Below are positions 7,263 through 15,811 of a stretch of DNA of 32,000 nucleotides, piece by piece (positions within the stretch are counted from its first letter, which is position 1; each line of letters opens with the position of its first letter). A program made the translations under genes and the position numbers. The DNA is from Nitrososphaera viennensis EN76 (lineage in GTDB: Archaea > Thermoproteota > Nitrososphaeria > Nitrososphaerales > Nitrososphaeraceae), in contig NZ_CP007536.1 in the NCBI RefSeq assembly GCF_000698785.1, forward strand, positions 510,001-542,000. Direction: 5' to 3'. The notes under the pieces were generated by a model that saw only the letters and a program-made list of their open reading frames with translations, was not told where the DNA came from and searched no databases.

Positions 7263-9470
7263 TCATCCCATTATCTTCCCAAGCGATCCAAAGGCGCCTT
7301 CCAGTTTTGACAATGGTAGTGAGATCCGAACCTTCTTGCCCTGGGCAAACTCGGCCTTGCCACGCATAGACTTGCCGATCTTGGCAAACTTGACTCCCTC
7401 TGACTGCAACAGCTGGGCAACCTGCTCGGGCCTGGTCGTCCCTACAAGGTAGCGCGAGTGCGACTCTGAAAACAAGAGATCGTCAAGCCTAGTGCAGGTG
7501 CTTGGGACAGAGTCCAGTTGCACGCGAAAACCAGTGTTTCCTGCAATCGCCATCTCGGCAAGAGCCACCGCAAGGCCGCCCTTGCTGCAGTCATGGGCGC
7601 ACGACACCAGGCCGTTTCTTATCAGTTTCAGGACGGCAGAGCCGTTTGCCCTGTCGGTTGCAAGGTCGACTGCCGGAAGCAGGCCTCCGGTTATGCCGTG
7701 CACGTATTCATAGTATTCCGAGCCTCCCATCTCCGGGCGCGTCTCGCCGATTATGAATACGGACTGGCCGGGGCCAAGCGCCGACTTTGTTATCCATTTT
7801 TCGTCGTCGATGAGGCCAATCGTGCCCATCACGGGCGACGGCTTGATGGGCCCCTTGGCCGTCTCGTTGTAAAAGCTGACCTTGCCTCCAACTACCGGAA
7901 TTTCCATAAAGTTGCAATAGTCGACAATGGCGTTTACCGCTTGCGAAAAGGTCCAGAAGATCTCCGGGTCCTCCGGGCTTCCAAACTGCAGGTGGTCGAC
8001 CACTCCCGCCGGCTCGGCGCCGGTGCAGATGATGTTTCGGCACCCTTCCGACAGGCAGCCAAGCGTCCCCTGGTACGGGTCGAGGTAGCAGTGCTTCGAG
8101 TTGCCGTCCAGTTTTACTGCGGCAAATTTCCCGTTGTCAAGGCGCATCACGGCCGCGTCGGCCGCGCCCGGCTTTGCAACGGTGCGCACGCCCACCTCGT
8201 GGTCGTACTGCTGGTAGACCCACCTCTTGCTTGCTATCGTCGGGTTTGAGAGGAGCGCAAGCAGCGTCTTTCCCAGGATTGGCGGCACCTTCTTTGGAGC
8301 GCGCACCTTTTTGAGCCGGTCGAGGTACGCCGGCCTCCGTGCGGCCCTGTCTGCAAGGGGCGCATGCGCGACGAGGCTTGAAGGCATGCTTGCAACCACA
8401 GAGTCATTGTGCGTTATTACAAGGTCCTGGTGCCCTTCTGCCTTGCCTAGTATCGAGTACCTTATCTCGTACTTGTCAAGGATGGACTGCAAGCCCGGCA
8501 GCTTTTCAGAGTCGGTGACGTAGAGCATGCGCTCCTGCGACTCGGATATCATCAATTCTGCCGGCGTCATGCCGGCCTCCCTTGCGTTGACCTCGGACAG
8601 CTCGACCTTAAAGCCGCGGCCGAGGTTGTCAGACGTCTCTGACAAACAGCACGAAAGCCCGCCTCCGCCGAGGTCCTTTATCGCCTTGACGCACCCCTGC
8701 TGCACGGCCTCCATCGTCGCTTCCAGCAGCAGTTTCTCAAGGAACGGGTCGGGTATCTGCACCGCCGAGCGGTTCTCGGCCTCCAGCGCGCGCGACGCAA
8801 ACGACGCGCCGTGTATCCCGTCCCTGCCGGTGGAGCCTCCTGCAAGCACGATATAGTCGCCGACTTCGGCGCGGTTTGAAATGACGTCCTCTTTTTTGCC
8901 GTGGCCTATAGACGCGACGTCTACAAGGCAGTAATCCTCAAACGACGGGTCAAACTCGATCTCGCCTCCGACCGTAGGTATTCCGATGCAGTTCCCATAG
9001 TCTGCGATGCCCTTGACCACGTTCTTGAACAGCCATTTTGACTTTGCCGTCGCCGACGCTGTTGCTGCCGACTTTTTGCTCTTGTTGTTGTTGCCGCCGT
9101 CTATTGGCGCAAAGCGCAGCGCGTCAAGCACCGCTATCGGGCGCGTGCCCATCGACATGATGTCGCGTATCACCCCTCCGACTCCTGTTGCAGCACCGCC
9201 AAAGGGCTCTACCGCCGACGGGTGGTTGTGGCTTTCAATGTGCACGGTGATGACATAGCCGTCGCCGACGTCGAGCACGCCGGCGTCATAGCCAGGGCCG
9301 ACAAGGACGCGCTTGCCTTTTGTCGGGAGGAGGCGCAGGAACTTTTTGGACGACTTGTACGAGCAGTGCTCAGACCATTCTGCCCCTACGATGTCCTGCT
9401 CGACCTCGTTTGCCTTCCTCTTTAGCTTGCTTTCAAGGTAGGCTAGTTCTTGCTCTGTAAGGACTCCCAT
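7263..9470 (-). CDS. purL: phosphoribosylformylglycinamidine synthase subunit PurL (FGAM synthase II)
   Basis: 735 aa. Contains typical small-PurL blocks (EWSEHCSYKSS, HNHPS, GGVIRD, duplicated AIR-synthase-like halves). Confidence 0.95.
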   Translation of the reverse strand: MGVLTEQELAYLESKLKRKANEVEQDIVGAEWSEHCSYKSSKKFLRLLPTKGKRVLVGPGYDAGVLDVGDGYVITVHIESHNHPSAVEPFGGAATGVGGVIRDIMSMGTRPIAVLDALRFAPIDGGNNNKSKKSAATASATAKSKWLFKNVVKGIADYGNCIGIPTVGGEIEFDPSFEDYCLVDVASIGHGKKEDVISNRAEVGDYIVLAGGSTGRDGIHGASFASRALEAENRSAVQIPDPFLEKLLLEATMEAVQQGCVKAIKDLGGGGLSCCLSETSDNLGRGFKVELSEVNAREAGMTPAELMISESQERMLYVTDSEKLPGLQSILDKYEIRYSILGKAEGHQDLVITHNDSVVASMPSSLVAHAPLADRAARRPAYLDRLKKVRAPKKVPPILGKTLLALLSNPTIASKRWVYQQYDHEVGVRTVAKPGAADAAVMRLDNGKFAAVKLDGNSKHCYLDPYQGTLGCLSEGCRNIICTGAEPAGVVDHLQFGSPEDPEIFWTFSQAVNAIVDYCNFMEIPVVGGKVSFYNETAKGPIKPSPVMGTIGLIDDEKWITKSALGPGQSVFIIGETRPEMGGSEYYEYVHGITGGLLPAVDLATDRANGSAVLKLIRNGLVSCAHDCSKGGLAVALAEMAIAGNTGFRVQLDSVPSTCTRLDDLLFSESHSRYLVGTTRPEQVAQLLQSEGVKFAKIGKSMRGKAEFAQGKKVRISLPLSKLEGAFGSLGKIMG

Positions 9471-9476
9471 ATCCTT

Positions 9477-10175
9477 TCACGCAACCGCCCTTTGCTCTTC
9501 TTTTTGAAGATAGCTGGCAAGCGACCTGAAAACCGTGACCGCGTCGTTTGCGCCCGTGGCAGAAAGCAGGCTCTCGCTTGCCCTCTCCGGGTGCGGCATC
9601 ATGCCCATCACGTTGCCCTGCTCGTTGCATATGGCGGCTATCAGGCCTGTCGAGCCGTTTGGGTCGTCGTTTGAATACTGCAAGACGATCTGGTTCTTTT
9701 TCTTCAGCTCTTTCAATATCGCCGAGTCGGCGACGTAGCGGCCCTCGCCGTGCGCGACCGGTATGTCAAACGCCTGTCTTTTTGCAAACTGGCCGGTAAA
9801 AGGCGTCTTGTTGTTTTCCACCCTGACCTTGGTCCAGCGGCAGACAAAGCGGAGCGAGTCGTTCATCATGAGCGCGCCCGGCAAAAGTCCGGATTCGACG
9901 AGTATCTGAAAGCCGTTGCATATGCCAAGCACAGGCATGCCGTCCTTGGCCATCCGCTTTACCTCCTGCACAATCGGGCTGTGCGCGGCGATGATGCCGG
10001 CACGCAGGCGGTCGCCAAACGCAAAGCCGCCCGGGATTATCATGGCGTCATAGCCGGAGATGCGGTCCTTTGTGTGCCAGATAAAGTCGGCCTGAATCCC
10101 GACAACCTTGTTCAGGACGTGGTGGACGTCGCGGTCGCAGTTGCTACCGGGGAAAACGGCGATGCCGATCTTCAT
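9477..10175 (-). CDS. purQ: phosphoribosylformylglycinamidine synthase glutaminase subunit PurQ
   Basis: MKIGIAVFPGSNCDRD start, nucleophile elbow GICNGFQ, and HPER near the C-terminus. The ORF extends to 10259, but the canonical N-terminus begins at the ATG at 10175. Confidence 0.93.
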   Translation of the reverse strand: MKIGIAVFPGSNCDRDVHHVLNKVVGIQADFIWHTKDRISGYDAMIIPGGFAFGDRLRAGIIAAHSPIVQEVKRMAKDGMPVLGICNGFQILVESGLLPGALMMNDSLRFVCRWTKVRVENNKTPFTGQFAKRQAFDIPVAHGEGRYVADSAILKELKKKNQIVLQYSNDDPNGSTGLIAAICNEQGNVMGMMPHPERASESLLSATGANDAVTVFRSLASYLQKEEQRAVA

Positions 10176-10246
10176 TCTTCTATTCTTTGAAAAAGACTCG
10201 TCGCTGCTCGTATTAATATCTTGAGGGGAGTTCCAGAAAAGAGACT

Positions 10247-10765
10247 GTGTACATCCCACTACGGCAAGGATTAAATTTTCAGCCTTCCAAGATAGCTCCC
10301 GTGGTAGCCGGCGTAGTCCGCGACATCATGACAAAGGAGATAGTCACCATCAACGCCGACAGGAGCGCCCTTGAAGCGGCAAAACTGATGACGGAAAAGG
10401 GGATAAGCTCGGTTTTCATCGTCGACAGGGACGGAAACCCGGTGGGAATCGTGAGCGAGCGTGACTTTATCAAGAAAATCTGCGCCAAAGAGCTTGTCAT
10501 ATCGCAGGTCAAGGTAGGCGACATCATGTCAAAAATCCTGACTACCGCAGGGCCCGAGACGGCCATCGAAGTCGCGGTGCAGAGAATGGTAAACCACAAG
10601 ATCCGAAGGCTCCCCATAATGGAGGGAAACAAGATCGTCGGCATCATCACGGTCACGGACCTTGCCAAGCACCTGCGCACCACGCTATTGCTGGAAGGCG
10701 CGCTGCGCGACACTGAAAGCATCGACGACGTCATTGCGACGATGGGCCACGACGAAAAGCACTAG
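10247..10765 (+). CDS. CBS domain pair protein
   Basis: Two CBS repeats (VRDIMTKEIVTI...ISSVFIVD and VGDIMS...IRRLPIMEGNKIVGIITVTD). The GTG start at 10247 lies about 30 nt downstream of a TATTAATA box (10212-10219). Confidence 0.85.
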   Translation: MYIPLRQGLNFQPSKIAPVVAGVVRDIMTKEIVTINADRSALEAAKLMTEKGISSVFIVDRDGNPVGIVSERDFIKKICAKELVISQVKVGDIMSKILTTAGPETAIEVAVQRMVNHKIRRLPIMEGNKIVGIITVTDLAKHLRTTLLLEGALRDTESIDDVIATMGHDEKH

Positions 10766-10769
10766 CTAG

Positions 10770-11054
10770 CTAGTCAGCCTTTTGCGCCTTTATGGTGCAG
10801 TTGCTGACGACCGGGTTGAATATGCGCAGCTCCTCGCAGAGCTTTTGCACGGTCTTTTCAGCCTCTTTTTCCGAGCTGGCGCTCACCATCATTTTCAGCA
10901 TCTTGGCAGACCTGACGCCCTTGACGTCGGAATAGCCGCCCTTGACCACCAGGTCGCGGTGGATGGTCTCGCCTTCCGGGTCGTTGATGTAGGGCTTGTT
11001 CTCTATGATGACTTGTACCAAGAATTTACCATTATTGCTGCTAGCTCGCGCCAT
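10770..11054 (-). CDS. purS: phosphoribosylformylglycinamidine synthase subunit PurS
   Basis: 94 aa. The pattern KPYINDPEGETIHRDL...GYSDVKGVRSAKMLKM is typical of PurS. Confidence 0.9.
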   Translation of the reverse strand: MARASSNNGKFLVQVIIENKPYINDPEGETIHRDLVVKGGYSDVKGVRSAKMLKMMVSASSEKEAEKTVQKLCEELRIFNPVVSNCTIKAQKAD

Positions 11055-11079
11055 GATCTGCCTGTAATGCCGGCGGTAA

Positions 11080-11087
11080 TTTAAATA
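11080..11087 (-). promoter_or_regulatory. TATA box (TATTTAAA on minus strand) for purS
   Basis: Box centre is about 29 nt upstream of the ATG at 11054. Confidence 0.45.
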
Positions 11088-11158
11088 CTCTCAAGCGCAG
11101 CGCGCCTGGACAAAAGCTTTATGAAATTTGGAGCCCTACTAGCTCAGGTGTAACACAT

Positions 11159-11665
11159 ATGGACATTTTTGACGGCATTGCAACAAAGCTCGACACGAGA
11201 CAATTCAATTCCGAGGATGTTCCCTCTGGAATAAAGCAGAGCGTCCTTGAAGCTGCCCGGCTGACGGGGACTGGCATGAACACCCAGCACTGGCGGTTTA
11301 TCCTGGTGGAAGGCAGGGACCGCCTTGCGACCCTTGCGGAGGACAGCACGAGTGGGCAATGGGTCGCAGGCGCCAATTTCGCGGTCATTGTCCTGACAAA
11401 CCCGGACTACAAGTTCCACATGATAGACGCTGGAAGGGTGCTTCAGAACATGCAGCTAGCAGCATGGAACCACGGAGTCGCTTCGGGGATTTTCACGGGC
11501 GTAAAGGATGAGAAACTGCGCGAGGACTTTGGGATCCCAAAAGAGCTGAATGTTACGCTCGTCGTAGGCTTTGGATATCCTGCCAAGAGATTAGCGGGCA
11601 AGAAAAGCAGGGTGCCGCTGAACGAGCTTGTGTACTATGGAAGATATGGCAACGCCGCTGCCTGA
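11159..11665 (+). CDS. nitroreductase family protein
   Basis: 168 aa. TRQF...ILEAARLTGTGMNTQHWRFILV and later QNMQLAAWNHGV blocks are typical of the NADH-oxidase/flavin-reductase nitroreductase fold. Confidence 0.85.
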   Translation: MDIFDGIATKLDTRQFNSEDVPSGIKQSVLEAARLTGTGMNTQHWRFILVEGRDRLATLAEDSTSGQWVAGANFAVIVLTNPDYKFHMIDAGRVLQNMQLAAWNHGVASGIFTGVKDEKLREDFGIPKELNVTLVVGFGYPAKRLAGKKSRVPLNELVYYGRYGNAAA

Positions 11666-11916
11666 ATGGCAGCAGAGCAGATTATTACCAGAGGCAAAGC
11701 CGCAGCGAAACTATCAATTACGACTATGGCGGACAAACCAAACTAGGAGTATTTAAGCCAAGACTTTTTTCTTCATCATCTTCTGACGAAGCAACCGACC
11801 AGTCTTAAACAAACTGTCATGGGCGTCACTTGAGGGCGACAAGGAAGCGACGAAGAGATAGAAGCGTTTGGGTAAAACTTCAAAAGTAATGCAGAAGGAG
11901 ACTAAATAGTCCGCAA

Positions 11917-12537
11917 ATGCGTACTGCATTACTGCTGACCATTCTTGTTGCATGTGGTACAATGGTCTTAAATGCAGTTTCCGAAGAAGCCCATGCTTGC
12001 GAGGTATTATCACTTCCACCAATCGAACAAGCGACCGCGGATTCGTCAGCAATAATATTCTCTGGCAAAGTGGCAGAAGTTAGAACGATTGTCGTAAGCA
12101 GCGGCATGCAAGATATGCGCGCCGCGCTCTTTGAAGTTGATACATATTGGAAGAGCCAGAATAACTCTCCCAATTACAAAGAGCTTGTGGTGTTTACGGC
12201 AATAGATAGCGGCGCATGCGGCTACGATTTTGAAGTCGGAAAGAGCTACCTGGTCTACGCTTCAGCCCGGGATAATGGCTCCTTGCTTACCAGCATTGGA
12301 ACGCGGACAATGCCTATTGAAAGCGCTCAAGATGACACGGCTGCCCTTGGACAAGGTATTTCTCCTACCGTGCAAGGGAGTTGGAAAGAGCAATTAGAGA
12401 CGATGCCGATGCAGCCACAGCCCGGCAACACGGCAGTTGAGACAAATAATACGCTGCTAATGCTCATTGGTTCAGGTGCGGCAATAGCCGGTGCGGCTGC
12501 TTTCTTTTCCCTGAGAAGGCTAAAAGACAAGAAATAG
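11917..12537 (+). CDS. secreted, C-terminally anchored protein with TIMP/NTR-like OB-fold pattern (tentative)
   Basis: Signal peptide ends in AHA followed by Cys. Then CEVLSLPPIEQATADSSAIIFSGKV ... FEVDTYWKS ... ACGYDFEVGKSYLVYA parallels the N-TIMP/netrin module. The C-terminal hydrophobic helix has an RRLKDKK tail. Confidence 0.55.
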   Translation: MRTALLLTILVACGTMVLNAVSEEAHACEVLSLPPIEQATADSSAIIFSGKVAEVRTIVVSSGMQDMRAALFEVDTYWKSQNNSPNYKELVVFTAIDSGACGYDFEVGKSYLVYASARDNGSLLTSIGTRTMPIESAQDDTAALGQGISPTVQGSWKEQLETMPMQPQPGNTAVETNNTLLMLIGSGAAIAGAAAFFSLRRLKDKK

Positions 12538-12579
12538 CCTAATGCGCAAAAGCTAAAGCTATCGCCAGAAGTAGAACCA

Positions 12580-13158
12580 CTAATCATCAGCGGTAGCAAT
12601 GTGAAGCACCACGAGAAGAACTAGCAATGCTACGAGGAATACCTGGCCATGTAATTGAATATTGAACAGCCGCATTCTAGATGAGGTCAACCTCATCAGT
12701 ACCCCGCTTGCCACCAGGACAGTCATGACCAATGCCAACGAAATGGAGATTCCGTCGGCTGCCCTTGATAGCATGATCCCGTGAGCCATTCCTGCACAAT
12801 ACCCTATCAGGTTCATTGCCATGTGGAAGTTCAGGGCAGGCTTGTACGCCATAGTAAGTGACCTTGTAATCCCGCCACCAGAACCGGCTATTGCTAGCAT
12901 GGCCTTTCTTGACATTTTGTATGCGACAAGCGACCCGGTGCCAAGAGCGCCGGCTCCAACGGCAGCCCATCCAAGGGCCTTCACTGCTCCTCCTCCCCCT
13001 CTTCCTCCGCCTTGTTCACCTTCATCGGCCGCCCATGCTTCTTTAGGAAATCCTTCAGATGCAGTCGTCGTCATTACGGTGGCGGCAGCTGTGATTACTG
13101 CTACCACTGCAAGTATCATCGACAGTCGGAAATGATGAGGGTAACGCTTCTTCATCAA
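12580..13158 (-). CDS. polytopic membrane protein with paired histidines in transmembrane helices
   Basis: 192 aa with several hydrophobic helices. His pairs are spaced H-x13-H (HMAMNLIGYCAGMAH) and H-x15-H (HGQVFLVALLVLLVVLH). Confidence 0.6.
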   Translation of the reverse strand: MMKKRYPHHFRLSMILAVVAVITAAATVMTTTASEGFPKEAWAADEGEQGGGRGGGGAVKALGWAAVGAGALGTGSLVAYKMSRKAMLAIAGSGGGITRSLTMAYKPALNFHMAMNLIGYCAGMAHGIMLSRAADGISISLALVMTVLVASGVLMRLTSSRMRLFNIQLHGQVFLVALLVLLVVLHIATADD

Positions 13159-13178
13159 AGGATATCACCAGAAAAAAA

Positions 13179-13604
13179 TTATGGCGAGCGGGAGGGGACA
13201 GACGATGATGGCGCCTTTTTGCGGCTGACGATGAATATCTTGTACGCGGTGTACCCAATCGTTCCAATAACGGCAGCTATCACTCCGTAAAGTATCAGCC
13301 CCAAAAGACCGCCACCTACAGATGCTCCTTCTTCAGAGTCTTCATTCTCCTCTTCACCCGCTCCGAACTCTTCTCCTCGTTCACCACCACTGCTACTGCC
13401 AATAATGCTGGCGCCGGCTAGTGCGCTTTCCCTCCCGGCTGCCGCTGCTCCTCTGCCATTGTCGCTCACGCCTTCTCTTTCACCTGCTTCTTCTTCTTTG
13501 TCTGCAAATGCAGGCACCAGGCCTCCTCCACCTCCTGGTACTAATGCTGTTGCCACCAGAAGCGCAGCCAGAACACCCGCTGCCAGAGATGCTTGTTTGT
13601 TCAT
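13179..13604 (-). CDS. Gly/Glu-rich secreted protein with C-terminal membrane anchor
   Basis: Start chosen at the ATG at 13604 (MNKQASLAAGVLAALLVATALV signal-like). The region is acidic and low-complexity, with a C-terminal helix LLGLILYGVIAAVIGTIGY. The maximal ORF begins at 13640 and would overlap the upstream gene. Confidence 0.5.
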   Translation of the reverse strand: MNKQASLAAGVLAALLVATALVPGGGGGLVPAFADKEEEAGEREGVSDNGRGAAAAGRESALAGASIIGSSSGGERGEEFGAGEEENEDSEEGASVGGGLLGLILYGVIAAVIGTIGYTAYKIFIVSRKKAPSSSVPSRSP

Positions 13605-13611
13605 GCTAATG

Positions 13612-14046
13612 CTACCATCTCCTCTCAAAGTAAGCACCACGCATCCCTACGCCTCCGCAAAAGCTGCCGTGAACCTCGACGACATCTGGTGAATCCGAAA
13701 TTTCCTTCAGCATTTCGAGTGTCAGTTTCTGGTTGGTTACATAATGGGTGCCCTTGTCAAATATTGCAGGTGCCATTCCTGTTTTGGATATTATGTACTG
13801 CCTTGCAGCTTCAGCATCAATTCCCTCTTTTGTGAATACCTCAATGGTGTAAGATAGTGGCTCTTCTCCTTCTCCTCCTTCTCCGCTTGCGCGGGTTCTT
13901 TCCAGAATGTCATTGATCAGCGCAGGGTCTACTTTTGGTAGCACGTTCTTGTACGCATCGCGCACTTCACTGAATTTGCGCCTAACCTCGTCCACACCTC
14001 CTCTTCCTCCTTCAATCACAGTCTTCTTCATCAATGTTTGAGACAT
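13612..14046 (-). CDS. hypothetical cytoplasmic protein
   Basis: 144-aa ORF, first gene of a three-gene minus-strand cluster. No recognisable motif. Confidence 0.55.
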   Translation of the reverse strand: MSQTLMKKTVIEGGRGGVDEVRRKFSEVRDAYKNVLPKVDPALINDILERTRASGEGGEGEEPLSYTIEVFTKEGIDAEAARQYIISKTGMAPAIFDKGTHYVTNQKLTLEMLKEISDSPDVVEVHGSFCGGVGMRGAYFERRW

Positions 14047-14158
14047 GGTATTGATATGCAGCCAGAACGATATTAAGCCCGAATTAACAGAGTTGCCAGA
14101 CCCATTAACTTTGTTAAGTGTTAGAATATAAGCAGACTGTCAAGAAAAGTATCCTCAT

Positions 14159-14938
14159 ATGGGCGATGACAAGGCTGCTGCTGATTCTCCTTCATCTTCT
14201 TCACCACCACCATCATACTCTACCATACTGGCTACCAGGTATGGAGGGGAAGCCCTAAAGCTCTTACGCTCTGCCTCGCGTTCATTGAACTATGTCATCT
14301 ATGTTGTCGCCGCGCTGGTCGTCTTTTCCCTCCTTGACCTGTTTGGTGTTCTATATCAATTCAGGCTGTATTCTGAGGTGCAGCACGACTACATAATATC
14401 AATAATAGCGCTTGTCCTTCTCGGCGTGCTCTTTCCGCTTGTTTGGCGAGTAATCAAGGCAAGGACTGCGCTTGATTCTTGGCAGGATATCTTTGAGCAC
14501 GGGTCTCTTCGATGGGCGATAAGCATGGCAATGGCACGGCGTGACAAAGGCGAGGCTCTAAAGGCTGTAGCAGAGGCCGTACCAGAGCTTGAACCTCTAA
14601 GAGAGTACCTTGCAAGTGAAGGAACCTCAAAATTTACCGACGTGAGCGTTGCTGGAACCACCACCTTCGATTGTCTTGTAGATGAAAGCTTGGTGGAGAC
14701 TGAAGAGCTGAAAAGGCTTTTGAAAGAATACGGTGCCATCGCAGTGGCCTTGACTGACGTGGCAGATGCATCTTACATTCAAGAATTTAGCAAGAGAATC
14801 AAGACGTATTCCAACAGCACGGGCCGCAAAGTAGCCATCGCAGTAGTCGTGGCCAGGGCGATAAAAGGCAGAGAAACCCATCGAGCCGCAGGTGATTCCA
14901 TGCTGTTGCTGGTAGAAAAGGCCAATAATAGTGACTGA
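14159..14938 (+). CDS. hypothetical membrane protein (two TM helices, Ser/Pro-rich N-terminus)
   Basis: 259-aa ORF with an ATG start. Two hydrophobic helices (YVIYVVAALVVFSLLDLFGVL and IISIIALVLLGVLFPLVW). Confidence 0.55.
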   Translation: MGDDKAAADSPSSSSPPPSYSTILATRYGGEALKLLRSASRSLNYVIYVVAALVVFSLLDLFGVLYQFRLYSEVQHDYIISIIALVLLGVLFPLVWRVIKARTALDSWQDIFEHGSLRWAISMAMARRDKGEALKAVAEAVPELEPLREYLASEGTSKFTDVSVAGTTTFDCLVDESLVETEELKRLLKEYGAIAVALTDVADASYIQEFSKRIKTYSNSTGRKVAIAVVVARAIKGRETHRAAGDSMLLLVEKANNSD

Positions 14939-15021
14939 AGAAAGAAAGAGAGAATGTCAGGCAAGATAGTTTTTTTGCACGGGCGCGTTGCTCCAGAGAT
15001 GCCAGCAATTTACTTTAGGGT

Positions 15022-15333
15022 GTGATACTACAAGGGTTAATGATTTTGGCTGACAGAAGGAGGTTTTCTGTAGAGTACACCATGTTCTCCATACTGGAGT
15101 ACATGAATGCACTGCGCCAACCTGTCAGCAAGTACCACATCACCACCAAGGTTCCCGGCATAAGCTCTCAGCGGCCGGACAGGATCTCGCAGATCGTTGA
15201 TATGCTTGAAAAGAACGGCTATGTCGAAGCTCTGCAGACTGCAAACGTCACCTATTATCAGATATCACAAAAAGGCAGAGATGCATATAACCGATGGATA
15301 AAAGAGTTCCTCGACTTTATGAGGTCGTTATAA
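15022..15333 (+). CDS. small winged-helix DNA-binding protein
   Basis: The FSILEYM...PVSKYHITTKV ... RISQIVDMLEKNGYVEA ... YYQISQKGRDAY pattern fits wHTH (PadR/MarR-like). The start could be the ATG at 15040. Confidence 0.6.
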   Translation: MILQGLMILADRRRFSVEYTMFSILEYMNALRQPVSKYHITTKVPGISSQRPDRISQIVDMLEKNGYVEALQTANVTYYQISQKGRDAYNRWIKEFLDFMRSL

Positions 15334-15735
15334 ACACTCCTCCAGAGCTGCATTTTGGAGGGGGTGAGGGGAGTAGATGAGTAGGCAGACAGAGGGGCTT
15401 TGGCAGAAGGCAGACTGTTGCATCATCCTTCCCCTGCTGTATTCACTGCGCGCGGCACCGACATTCCACAAGTATTTCTCTCGAATCGCAACCTATTCTT
15501 CATCAAATCGCTGTTCTTTTTCTAGCGTTATCGCTAAGGAAGGCACATTTGTGCTGCAAAAAGTCTGATACTATTAGAACACATTTCCTCTAGTTATGGG
15601 CCTAGCAGCTCCCACACGCACCCCGTGAAGCTTGTTCTATGTCTATGGGCGTAAAAGTGGACAGTTTAGTCGACCGGGAGCTCCACAAAGCTATTAATTA
15701 TGTTCTGAAATTGCCCTAACGTGAATAGTAGCGGT

Positions 15736-15809
15736 GGTCACGTAGCTCAGCCTGGCAGAGCGGCTGACTTGTAATCAGCAGGTCGTGGGTCCAAATCCCA
15801 CCGTGACCT
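15736..15809 (+). tRNA. tRNA-Thr, anticodon TGT
   Basis: A cloverleaf was folded by hand. Acceptor stem is GGTCACG/CGTGACC and D arm is GCTC-AGCCTGGCA-GAGC. Anticodon stem is GCTGA/TCAGC with loop CTTGTAA. T arm is GTGGG-TCCAAAT-CCCAC. No encoded CCA and no intron. Confidence 0.9.
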
Positions 15810-15811
15810 TC

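Noticed and set aside
9046-9100. Asn/Lys/Ser/Ala-rich insertion in PurL (GGNNNKSKKSAATASATAKSK) as a possible intein or mobile insertion
   Set aside because: It is far too short for an intein and lacks splicing motifs. It is most simply a low-complexity surface loop.
7492-9425. Many 60-243-aa ORFs on the plus strand inside purL (for example 7518-8249)
   Set aside because: They lie antisense to a gene with unambiguous PurL homology. They are Arg/Ala/Pro-rich, as expected for spurious frames in GC-rich DNA, and carry no recognisable motifs.
15334-15735. 63-aa ORF (15377-15568) and a CCTCCA...TGGAGG hairpin after the wHTH gene
   Set aside because: The ORF has no motif or promoter support. The hairpin has a 6-bp stem, an 11-nt loop and no following T-run, so it is too weak to call a terminator.
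15736-15809. tRNA-Thr as an integration target (att site) for either island
   Set aside because: I could not find a second copy of the tRNA 3' half anywhere in the window. Both AT-rich segments are several kb away from the tRNA, and no integrase gene is present.
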